The position numbers and the translations under genes were made by a program. Below the pieces are notes generated by a model. It had not been told where the DNA came from. It did no database searches and saw only the letters and a list, made by a program, of their open reading frames with translations. A DNA stretch of 48,514 bases, from NCBI GenBank assembly GCA_048937405.1, contig JBHLNF010000007.1:185436-233949 (forward strand), in the 5' to 3' direction. Source of the DNA: Promethearchaeota archaeon (GTDB lineage Archaea; Asgardarchaeota; Lokiarchaeia; Sigyniarchaeales; SOKP01). Shown here in pieces: positions 20,524 through 28,868 of this stretch; position 1 is the first letter of the stretch, and every line of letters starts with the position of its first letter.

Positions 20524-22872
20524 TTAGGAATTGTTTTTATATTTATATCTGCTAATTCTATAAATTTCTTGAGCAATCTTTTTTCCAATATTTTCAATTT
20601 TTGTTAAGTCTGGAATATCAGACAAAAAAATATTTTGTAAAGTTTTTAATTCTTTCAATAGACTTTTTGCCCGAAAAGTATTTACTCCTGGTATTCCTGC
20701 GACTATGTATTCTAATAAACGTGAAGTCTCTAACGGTGCTTTATCAAATCTTAATTTTAAACTTGAATTTGAAATTGATTGTTCCTTTTTTGCTAACTGA
20801 TATAAGAACTGAGCAGTTTCTTCAACATTTTTCGTTTTATAAATTGTAACCCCCAAATTAAGAATAATCGCAGTAATTGCACCATAAAGGGCATTTTGAC
20901 TGATGTTAGATTCCATAAATGGATCTCCCTCTAAAATTAAAATTGGTCTTAAAAAGTTTTCTCGGAGTTTGCTTAATTCAGTAAATAACCTGCCATCTAT
21001 AATAGAATCATTAAAATCTTTGGCGGACTTACGTTCAATCCCGACTCTTTCTGAAATAATATAATCTGCGACCTGTAATTGTTCTAATTTCAGAGTAAGT
21101 CCCATTAAAGAAAGAGTTCTAACAACAGAGGATGCCGTTTCTCGATTATCACAGATAATTGTAAAATTCTCTGCACCCTCAATCCTATTAGTAGAGTTCT
21201 GTTCAGTGTTTTCTTTTTCATTTATTTCATTATTTTCTTCTTTTTCAGATAAAATAAAATTTAATATGTTCGATTGTCCTGAATTTAATTGAGTCTCATT
21301 TTTTTTAATTTTATCTAAACTTATTTTCATAGATTTTTCTTTTGCCTTTTCCGCCCAATAGTATCCTTCATCACGTGTATTCTCTGCCATCAGAACAAAT
21401 ACTTTTCCTTCCTTCTTTCTACCAGTTCTACCTCGACGTTGAATAGATCGAATAGCACTAGGAACAACATCATAAAATATTACCAAATCACATTCTTCAA
21501 TATCTAAACCCTCTTCTGCAACACTTGTCCCTACTAAAGTATTAAATATACCTTCTTTAAATTCTTTCAACAGCCTAATCTGCTCTTTTTGAGTTAAACC
21601 TTTATCTGAGCCTCTAGAGGCTTGTCCAACAAATTTGTGCATTTTTATAATTTCATTGTCCTCAAAAAATTTCACTATATTATTCACAGAATCTCTAAAA
21701 TGGCAAAAAACGAGAATTCTCGAATTTGGATTTTCATTTATTTGATTTATCAATAATTCCCTTAATTTTTCTATTTTCGGATGAACAATTCCCTTGGAAT
21801 ACAGATCATATGTTAAATTTTTTGCTTGTTTTAGATCTTTGTTACTAAATAATTCTTTTAATGATTTATTTGCAGTATTTTTTTCTATTTTCTCTTCATT
21901 TTTTCTGAAATAATCTCTAAGAGAACTAATTCCTTGTGTTTCTAACAATTCTGTCATATGAGATAATCTAATTGCATTAGCCGTTATCTTTTTTGCGTTA
22001 AACATTAGGAATTTTTCATCAGTATTTCTAGCAGTAGATATTTTTTGGTTAATTATTTGGTTTAATTTTAATAGATCCTTTCTAGTTATTTTTGATATGT
22101 CATATGAACTAATTAGGTCATTTTCTTTTAGGATTTTATAACTAGTTCTTAATTTCTCCTCTAATAATCTTTTAATTTCTAAAAATTCGGTTGGAAGTTT
22201 AATTTTTATCCATTCATTATCTACTTGATGGATATAAGGTTTCACATCTGAATCTTTTTCGGTTCTTATTTCAATGTGATCAATTATTAAATTCTCTTTA
22301 ATTTCCTTTATTTTACCCTCAGTTGAACCAGGACTAGCGGTAAGCCCTAATATTTGAGCATTATTTGAAATTTCTATGTATTTTTTCGCGATAAAACAAT
22401 ATGCATAATCGCCAACAGCTCTATGACATTCATCAAAAATTATCAGAGAAACATCTTCAATTGAATATAATCTTGAAATTAAATCATTTTGGAGTACTTG
22501 AGGGGTCATAAAAGCAATCTTTATATCTTTCCATAATGATTTTCTTTTTTCGGGAGTAATCGCCCCTGTAAGAGTAATAAGTGTTTCTTCAGAGAGTTCA
22601 GTTAAATCTGAAAAGGATTTATAATGTTGTTCTACTAAAGGTTTTGTTGGAGCTAAAAGTATTACTTTTGAATTTTCAATTTCCGTTAATCTTTGTATAG
22701 CCAGCATAAGGGCTATAATCGTTTTTCCTAGTCCTGTAGGAATTACTACAAGACAATTTCGATTTATACAATTTATGAAAATATTCTCTTGATAATCTCG
22801 TCTAGATATTAAATTCTTCTTAATTAATGGGTGAGATAAAAAATCTTCCTTGGTTTTTACAAATATCACCAA
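20524..22872 (-). CDS. hef: Hef helicase/nuclease (FANCM/Mph1-like DEAH helicase + ERCC4/XPF nuclease + HhH)
   Basis: PTGLGKT, LAPTKPLVEQH, FDECHRAVGDYAY, GLTASPG, TSVAEEGLDI, QRRGRTGR, ERCC4 ERKS..D, HhH IPGV and NIGKKIA. Confidence 0.95.
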   Translation of the reverse strand: MVIFVKTKEDFLSHPLIKKNLISRRDYQENIFINCINRNCLVVIPTGLGKTIIALMLAIQRLTEIENSKVILLAPTKPLVEQHYKSFSDLTELSEETLITLTGAITPEKRKSLWKDIKIAFMTPQVLQNDLISRLYSIEDVSLIIFDECHRAVGDYAYCFIAKKYIEISNNAQILGLTASPGSTEGKIKEIKENLIIDHIEIRTEKDSDVKPYIHQVDNEWIKIKLPTEFLEIKRLLEEKLRTSYKILKENDLISSYDISKITRKDLLKLNQIINQKISTARNTDEKFLMFNAKKITANAIRLSHMTELLETQGISSLRDYFRKNEEKIEKNTANKSLKELFSNKDLKQAKNLTYDLYSKGIVHPKIEKLRELLINQINENPNSRILVFCHFRDSVNNIVKFFEDNEIIKMHKFVGQASRGSDKGLTQKEQIRLLKEFKEGIFNTLVGTSVAEEGLDIEECDLVIFYDVVPSAIRSIQRRGRTGRKKEGKVFVLMAENTRDEGYYWAEKAKEKSMKISLDKIKKNETQLNSGQSNILNFILSEKEENNEINEKENTEQNSTNRIEGAENFTIICDNRETASSVVRTLSLMGLTLKLEQLQVADYIISERVGIERKSAKDFNDSIIDGRLFTELSKLRENFLRPILILEGDPFMESNISQNALYGAITAIILNLGVTIYKTKNVEETAQFLYQLAKKEQSISNSSLKLRFDKAPLETSRLLEYIVAGIPGVNTFRAKSLLKELKTLQNIFLSDIPDLTKIENIGKKIAQEIYRISRYKYKNNS

Positions 22873-23061
22873 TAAATGTACGAATGCTTTAGCTTTTGAA
22901 TATTATATTTTGTTGAAATATTTAAACTAACAGACTTTGTAAGATCTTTAAAAAATATTAAAATTCTTAAATCGATTTACTAATAATTTAATAAATAACA
23001 TAATAATTCAAAGTAAAGTAATATTTAATTCATATAACTCATTTATTACAAATCAAATCAC

Positions 23062-23165
23062 GCGCGAGTGGTCTAGTGGTATGACGACATTTATAATGTA
23101 AATAGCATATAATACGTTAAACGCTCACACCGTGTAAATCAGGGGTTCAATTCCCCTCTCGCGCA
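23062..23165 (+). tRNA. tRNA-Val(CAC) with a 32-nt intron (23089-23120) at position 28/29
   Basis: Acceptor GCGCGAG/CTCGCGC+A, D-arm GTCTAGTGGTATGAC, T-arm AGGGG-TTCAATT-CCCCT. Removing 23089-23120 gives the anticodon arm ACACG-CTCACAC-CGTGT. No encoded CCA. Confidence 0.9.
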
Positions 23166-23291
23166 TTATCTAAGATCCTTTTTATCGTTTCTCTAAAGAC
23201 TATAAAATAATTTTAAATGAGTGAAAAACACAAAAGTTATATGAAATCCTACATTTTAAAATTTTAAATTACTCTTTTTTTAGGTTAGAAT

Positions 23292-23594
23292 ATGTCTAGT
23301 TTTTTGGAATCTCGCGATTTACGCAAACAATATAAAAAAGTCAGACAATATGTAAAAATAGGACCTATCTTTTTAACTAGATACGAAAAAGCCAGAATCG
23401 TTGGTGCAAGAGCACTTCAGATCAGCTTTGGAGCCCCAATTCTGGTTGAAAAACCTAAAAATATGATAGATCCAATAAAAATTGCGCAATTAGAATTAAG
23501 ATCACGAATTTTACCTTTAACAATAAGACGTGAATATCCTTCAGGGGAGAACCAAGATATTCCGATAAGTAAATTGATTTTAAAGAAAGATTAA
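23292..23594 (+). CDS. rpoK: DNA-directed RNA polymerase subunit K/Rpo6 (Rpb6/omega family)
   Basis: LTRYEKARIVGARALQISFGAPILV...DPIKIAQLEL...LPLTIRR. Confidence 0.95.
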   Translation: MSSFLESRDLRKQYKKVRQYVKIGPIFLTRYEKARIVGARALQISFGAPILVEKPKNMIDPIKIAQLELRSRILPLTIRREYPSGENQDIPISKLILKKD

Positions 23595-23706
23595 TCCCTT
23601 TCTTAAATTCCGTGAAGATAAAATTATCACTACTATATAGGATTTATTTTTAAGAAAATAATTTTAGAAAAAAAATAAGGAAATTAAGTGAAAAATTAAA
23701 AGATAA

Positions 23707-24801
23707 TCATTTTATGAAATTTCTAACTTTGAGTAATTCAGCAGTTAAAATCGAACCTCCTGCAGCACCTCTTATGGTATTGTGACTTAATGATATGAAT
23801 TTATAATCAAATACATTGTCTTTCCTTAATCTTCCCACAGTTAAAGCCATACCCTTATCGTTATCTCTGTCTTTTTTAGGTTGAGGCCTGTTCTCATTTT
23901 CCAAATAAATAATAGGACTTTTCGGAGCAAATGGTAAATCTAATTCTTGAGGTAATGATCTAAAATTATTCCAAATATCTCTTATTTCCTGCGTTGTAGG
24001 AATTTTATCTTTAAATTTAAGGTTTACACAAGCAGTATGACCATCAACTATTGGAACTCTTATGCTTGTAACACTTACCTTCAAGGAATTATCATTAATA
24101 ATCCCATTTTCTCCAACAGAACCAAGAATTTTTGCGGGTTCAGTTTCCGTTTTTTCTTCTTCTCCTCCTCCAATATAAGGGACGATATTATCAATCATAT
24201 CTAAAGAGGCTACTCCAGGATATCCTGCTCCAGAAACTGCGTTTAATGTGGTTATTATTAATTTTTCAATTTTATAGCCTGCTTTTTCTAAAGCATATAT
24301 AGCAGTAAGATAACTTTGAACTGTACAATTTGGTTTGACAACTACAAATCCATTTTTAAAATTTCTATTTTTTTGTTGAATCGGGATCACATTCATATGA
24401 TCATGGTTGATTTCACCAATAATCATTGGAACATCAGAAGTTGTTCTATGTGCAGAATTATTACTAATAACTGGTAATCCTCTTTTAGCATATTCAAATT
24501 CTGCTTTCTTAATTAGATCTTTTGTAGGCATATTTATCGCTGAAAACATAAAATGAACATCCGATGGAATTGAGTCCAAATCCTGAACATCTCTTACAAT
24601 TATATTTCTTAAATCTTCAGGAATCGGAACAGGCATCTGCCATTTTGCTTTAACTGCTTCCTCATATGTTTTACCTGCTGAACGTGGAGAGGCAGCAACA
24701 TCCACAATTTCAAACCAAGGATGATTTTGTAATAATTGAATATAATTCTGTCCTACAATTCCTGTGGCACCAAGAATCGAAATTTTTAATTTCTCTTTCA
24801 A
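23707..24801 (-). CDS. asd: Aspartate-semialdehyde dehydrogenase (archaeal/fungal-type)
   Basis: ILGATG.VGQ....LL..HPWF, SNNSAHR, KPNCT catalytic Cys, AVSGAGYPG, RVPIVDGH, HNTIRGAAG. Confidence 0.95.
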   Translation of the reverse strand: MKEKLKISILGATGIVGQNYIQLLQNHPWFEIVDVAASPRSAGKTYEEAVKAKWQMPVPIPEDLRNIIVRDVQDLDSIPSDVHFMFSAINMPTKDLIKKAEFEYAKRGLPVISNNSAHRTTSDVPMIIGEINHDHMNVIPIQQKNRNFKNGFVVVKPNCTVQSYLTAIYALEKAGYKIEKLIITTLNAVSGAGYPGVASLDMIDNIVPYIGGGEEEKTETEPAKILGSVGENGIINDNSLKVSVTSIRVPIVDGHTACVNLKFKDKIPTTQEIRDIWNNFRSLPQELDLPFAPKSPIIYLENENRPQPKKDRDNDKGMALTVGRLRKDNVFDYKFISLSHNTIRGAAGGSILTAELLKVRNFIK

Positions 24802-24835
24802 TTAAATCATCTCAATATTATTTATGTTCAATTCG

Positions 24836-25735
24836 TTAATTAATATTCAAATCATGTAAAGTATTTATAATTCTATTTTGATTTTGCTCCGTTGGAAGTA
24901 CGAGTGGTGGTCGCATGTACCAATTTGAAATTCCAGCAATTTTTAATTTTGATGCAATATATTTTACTGGACCTGGATTGGTTTCATAAGCTAATGCTTC
25001 AAAAAATGGATAGAGTTCTAAATGAATATTATTTGCCTGTTTATAACCATTTTTTAAACAAAATTCAATAAATTTCACCATCCGATCTGGAATAATATTC
25101 GCTGCGACACTTATTATTCCTACACCTCCGAGGGCACAAATGTGTAATGTCAATTCATCATCACCAGATATTACATGGAAATTTGTGTTATTTCTTGTAG
25201 CTAGAATGATTTCAGTTATTTGATGGATATTACCACTCGCTTCTTTAATACCAACAATATTATCAATTTTACTTAACTCAATGATTGTCTTTGGGTCCAT
25301 ATTCCGGCCAGTTCGATTTGGACAGTTATACATTATTATTGGTATGTCCACTTTCTCTGCTATTGTTGTAAAATGTTTTATTAATCCTTCCTGAGTTGGT
25401 TTATTATAATATGGTGTTATTGACAGAACAGCATCAGCACCAACGTCTTTAGCATATTTGGTCAATACTATTGCCTCTGCTGTAGAATTACTTCCAGCAC
25501 CAGCAATAATAGGAATTCGCCCATTTGCGTGATCTGTTACAATTTCCATTACTCTAAGGTGTTCAGAATGGGTCATTGTTGGTGATTCACCAGTCGTTCC
25601 ACATGGAACTAATCCATGCGAACCTTTTTCTATTTGATAATCTACAAAAATTTTTAGAGATTCTTCATCTATTTCTAGATTTGAATCAAAAGGTGTTATT
25701 AACGCCGTTATACTTCCTCCAAATTTGTAACCCAT
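24836..25735 (-). CDS. dapA: 4-hydroxy-tetrahydrodipicolinate synthase
   Basis: ALITPF, CGTTGESPT, TPYYNKPTQEG, MYNCPNRTG, GIKEASG (Schiff-base Lys), ETNPGPVK; upstream of asd. Confidence 0.93.
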   Translation of the reverse strand: MGYKFGGSITALITPFDSNLEIDEESLKIFVDYQIEKGSHGLVPCGTTGESPTMTHSEHLRVMEIVTDHANGRIPIIAGAGSNSTAEAIVLTKYAKDVGADAVLSITPYYNKPTQEGLIKHFTTIAEKVDIPIIMYNCPNRTGRNMDPKTIIELSKIDNIVGIKEASGNIHQITEIILATRNNTNFHVISGDDELTLHICALGGVGIISVAANIIPDRMVKFIEFCLKNGYKQANNIHLELYPFFEALAYETNPGPVKYIASKLKIAGISNWYMRPPLVLPTEQNQNRIINTLHDLNIN

Positions 25736-26123
25736 TTTAATATCACTATACTTTTTACTATTGTGCTTATATATAATCAGAATACTAATTATAATACATT
25801 ATATTTAAATCTTCCGAATATAACGCAGATCTAATTCACCTAAACTGAACTAACCAAGAATAAGTTAACATATTAACTTAATTGGTATTTGAATTTCAAT
25901 ATAACTTATAAAATATTTCCATCTAAAAGTCATCTCTAGTATTAAGAAGCGAGTCATAAAAAGAGATGATATAAGAATTAGAGAACAACAGAGACGATTT
26001 TTAGGAGGATTATTTTATTTAGTACTTGCTATAATACTTCCCCTTCTCGGAGAACTTATCCTTCGTTTGAGTTTTCAAACGATATATTCGTCTCGTAAAC
26101 ATAATTATATGAAATAAAACTGT

Positions 26124-26300
26124 TATAATATTAATAGTTTATTGTGAACCACACACAGCCTAAAGACTGTGGCTTCCTACGAGTACACAACCGCTTCTAG
26201 TATGGGTTGGTCTGTATGTCGTAGAAAACCATTCCATTGTGTTAGGAATGATTCCTCGTTCACAGAGGGTTCATGCGATAGGAAGTCATATTTCTGCTTA
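26124..26300 (-). ncRNA. Predicted TnpB omegaRNA (reRNA): scaffold overlaps the tnpB 3' end and ends at 26144; guide region starts at 26143
   Basis: Right-end hairpin CACAGTC-TTTA-GGCTGTG and terminal TTCAC are seen directly. Existence and the 5' boundary are inferred from known TnpB locus architecture (5' end approximate). Confidence 0.55.
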
Positions 26301-27475
26301 GATGTTAAAAACCGCGTCATGATATTGATTGCAGAGTTGAGATCGCGGTCAATATGATTTCCACAATTGCAAATAATATTCCTTTCAAAAATTGATCTTT
26401 TTTTAAGCTTTCCACATTTACAGCAGGCTTTTGTGGTCATGGATTCATCAATTCTTATTACTCTTTTACCTATTTTTTCCGCTTTGTAGGTTAAGAATTC
26501 GACAAACCTTGACATATAGCCTGTGTTGTGAACTGAATGATTAAGCGTTTTGTTTACTTTATTCTTTTTCGTGTTATCTGCTGCTTTTTTCTTTTGAGCT
26601 ATCTTTTTTACTTTTAATTTTCCTACTATAATAGTATTTGCTTTCGTGTGAGATAGTATCTGTTTTGAGAGCCAATGTTGGAAATCTTTAAGTTGATGAG
26701 TACATTTCCTTATCATCTTTTTCCTTTTTTCATTGTACCAATACCATTTCTTACTGTATTTTTTACAATGATCTCGTTTCGACTGTACTTCCTCTATTTT
26801 CTTTTTCCAGTAGATGTCCGCTCTTTTATGGTTGAATTGTACTGATTTTCCAAAAATATTAACCCCTACAGTCTGATTTATTCCCAAATCAAATGCCTGA
26901 TAGAAGTGATTGTCGCTATATTCAGGGACTTCGACCTCATAGCTGAGGGAAACAAACCACTGGTTATTATCAAAGATAATCTCAACCTGCTTAATTATCC
27001 CTTCTGGAATGAGATGAGGGGGAATCTCAAAGTTAAGAACTGTTTTCGAAGGATGCTTATGAGAGAATATAATTGAGTTCCCTTGTAGTTTAAACCCAGA
27101 TTGACTATAACAGAGCGTAGTGAAATGCTTCTTGCCTCTAAATCGTGGTGGTCTCGCTTTCTTATCTCCTTTTTTCCACAGAGAAAAAAATGATTTGTAA
27201 TTAGAATCCAGTTTTTTAAGCATTGTTTGCAGAACCTTTGAATATACCCATTTATACTCAGGATAATTCTCTTTTAATGAGGGTAGGGCTCTCGATTGGT
27301 CTACATATCCTATATATTGTCGCTCTTCCTTTTGTTTATCCCTGTTTTGTCGCCAATTTTCTATTCGTTCAGCTAACGCAAAATTATATAAAAGCCGACA
27401 CTTCTCGGATATTATTCTGAGAATATGTATCTGCTCCTCAGTTGGAAAAAACCGAATCTTTTGCGTTAGTTTCAT
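26144..27475 (-). mobile_element. IS200/IS605-family (IS1341-like) element carrying tnpB only; right end mapped, left end not mapped
   Basis: tnpB is followed on the minus strand by GAAGCCACAGTCTTTAGGCTGTGTGTGGTTCAC, a typical right-end hairpin ending in TCAC. No tnpA in the window. Confidence 0.8.
26177..27475 (-). CDS. tnpB: RNA-guided endonuclease TnpB
   Basis: N-terminal K.RFFPT.EQ...L......CR.LYN.AL.ER, PPRFRGK, RuvC-I AFDLG, FLTYKAE..G, DESMTTK.CCKCG...CNCG zinc finger, RuvC-III DRDLNSAINI. Confidence 0.93.
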   Translation of the reverse strand: MKLTQKIRFFPTEEQIHILRIISEKCRLLYNFALAERIENWRQNRDKQKEERQYIGYVDQSRALPSLKENYPEYKWVYSKVLQTMLKKLDSNYKSFFSLWKKGDKKARPPRFRGKKHFTTLCYSQSGFKLQGNSIIFSHKHPSKTVLNFEIPPHLIPEGIIKQVEIIFDNNQWFVSLSYEVEVPEYSDNHFYQAFDLGINQTVGVNIFGKSVQFNHKRADIYWKKKIEEVQSKRDHCKKYSKKWYWYNEKRKKMIRKCTHQLKDFQHWLSKQILSHTKANTIIVGKLKVKKIAQKKKAADNTKKNKVNKTLNHSVHNTGYMSRFVEFLTYKAEKIGKRVIRIDESMTTKACCKCGKLKKRSIFERNIICNCGNHIDRDLNSAINIMTRFLTSKQKYDFLSHEPSVNEESFLTQWNGFLRHTDQPILEAVVYS

Positions 27476-27633
27476 TAATTAAATAGAGAGCAAAATAACT
27501 TTAAAAGGAGTAGTGCCTGACAATTTAATGATTCTCCTCTTTTACTCAATTCATTAACAATATAAATAGGGTTATTTTTTTGAATAAAAATGATAAACAA
27601 ATTAATTTTGAACAGTATTATATATGTTTTGGA

Positions 27634-28092
27634 TTATTGAACACGGTATTCTCCCCGCTCAGTGAGAAAATAAACATTTTTATCTTCAACCAATTCAGAT
27701 TGTATATAGCCTTTAGAAATTAAATCTTCGAGAATCTTTTCTAATTCTGCTTTTTTAAATCCAGGAATCCCCAATGGAATTCTAGATTGATTAGCAATAA
27801 TAGCAATTCGTTCTAAAAATAATCTTTTTCCCATGAATGTTTCTAGAATCGTGATCTCATCATTTGAAAGTCTTTCAAATTGATCGTGCTCTATATATCG
27901 TTCTTTTAGAGTTTGTGCAAGTGTTTTAGTTTCTGGACTAATTTCTTGTTTTTTCACTTCAACATGCTTTAAAGTAACTAAATCCTTAGCAACTTGTTGC
28001 TTTTTTTTTTTAGATGATGATTTTAATTGAGTCTCTAAATTCCCTTTTTCTTCATTTTCTTTTTCAGGGGACTCATTATTTTTATTTTCCAT
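27634..28092 (-). CDS. Hypothetical protein with charged N-terminus and C-terminal winged-helix-like domain
   Basis: LEKILEDLISKGYIQ.......VYFLTERG is a typical wHTH wing ending. Confidence 0.6.
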   Translation of the reverse strand: MENKNNESPEKENEEKGNLETQLKSSSKKKKQQVAKDLVTLKHVEVKKQEISPETKTLAQTLKERYIEHDQFERLSNDEITILETFMGKRLFLERIAIIANQSRIPLGIPGFKKAELEKILEDLISKGYIQSELVEDKNVYFLTERGEYRVQ

Positions 28093-28137
28093 AATGTTAC
28101 CATAAGGAATTTAATTATAAAAACTTATATTTAAGTA

Positions 28138-28704
28138 ATGAAAAAGGTCTTAGAGTTAAAAAATGGAGACATCCTTATTATACGACATTTAACTAAATCA
28201 GATGTTGATGGTGTTTGGTTTAATTTCAATGAAGTTATAGACGAAGGTCTCTATTTACCCGTTTTTCTTCCCGTTAAAAGTCAGATAGAAAAAGATACAT
28301 GGTATATTAATGTTAAAAGAGAAAAAGAAATTTGTATTATAGCAGAACATAAGGATTTAGAAAAGCCTTACAACATAGTTGGACAGTGCGAAATCTCTAA
28401 TGTTGAATGGGATGCTGCGGCTCATGTAGGTGTTTTAGGTATTATTATAAGAAAAAAGTATAGAGACAACCTTATTGGGAGATCACTCATTGATTTTGCT
28501 ATTCATGCTGCTAAAAAGTTAAATAATAAACAAAAAATTATTCTCAGCAGTTTCTCAACCAATGAAAGAGCACTCCATCTTTTCAGAAAACTAGGTTTTA
28601 GAGAAATAGGTGTAAGAAAAAAGCAATTTCTAATGAATTCACATTACATTGATGAGATTTTAATGGAACTATGGATTGATGACTATATTAAAGAACATTC
28701 TTAG
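28138..28704 (+). CDS. GNAT family N-acetyltransferase
   Basis: IIRH....D, IVGQCEI, HVGVLGI.I.KKYRDNLIGRSLI (motif A), NERALHLFRKLGF. Confidence 0.9.
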   Translation: MKKVLELKNGDILIIRHLTKSDVDGVWFNFNEVIDEGLYLPVFLPVKSQIEKDTWYINVKREKEICIIAEHKDLEKPYNIVGQCEISNVEWDAAAHVGVLGIIIRKKYRDNLIGRSLIDFAIHAAKKLNNKQKIILSSFSTNERALHLFRKLGFREIGVRKKQFLMNSHYIDEILMELWIDDYIKEHS

Positions 28705-28868
28705 ATCTTCATATTTTCTTAAATAATAAGACAGAATGCAATAACATAACTATTTAATGTAAGTATTATCTGTAGGATTTATAAGATTGTTAATTTTCTA
28801 ATACTTTTAATAGATATTAATTTAGTCATTTTCTTCTGAATTTTAATAGGAATTTTTAAGTCTACAAC

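Noticed and set aside
23062-23290. Integrated element at the tRNA-Val 3' end
   Set aside because: I noticed no duplicated tRNA 3' fragment or integrase in the window; the downstream genes (rpoK, asd, dapA) are core.
26169-26357. 62-aa + strand ORF
   Set aside because: Antisense to the tnpB 3' end and omegaRNA region; shadow ORF.
26177-27475. Cas12f or nuclease-dead TldR-type regulator
   Set aside because: No CRISPR array; an IS-type right end is present; both RuvC Asp residues plus a relocated Glu are retained.
27476-27560. Left-end hairpin of the TnpB element (AGGAG...CTCCT)
   Set aside because: Pairing is short with a long loop and the boundary cannot be fixed without other copies or an empty site.
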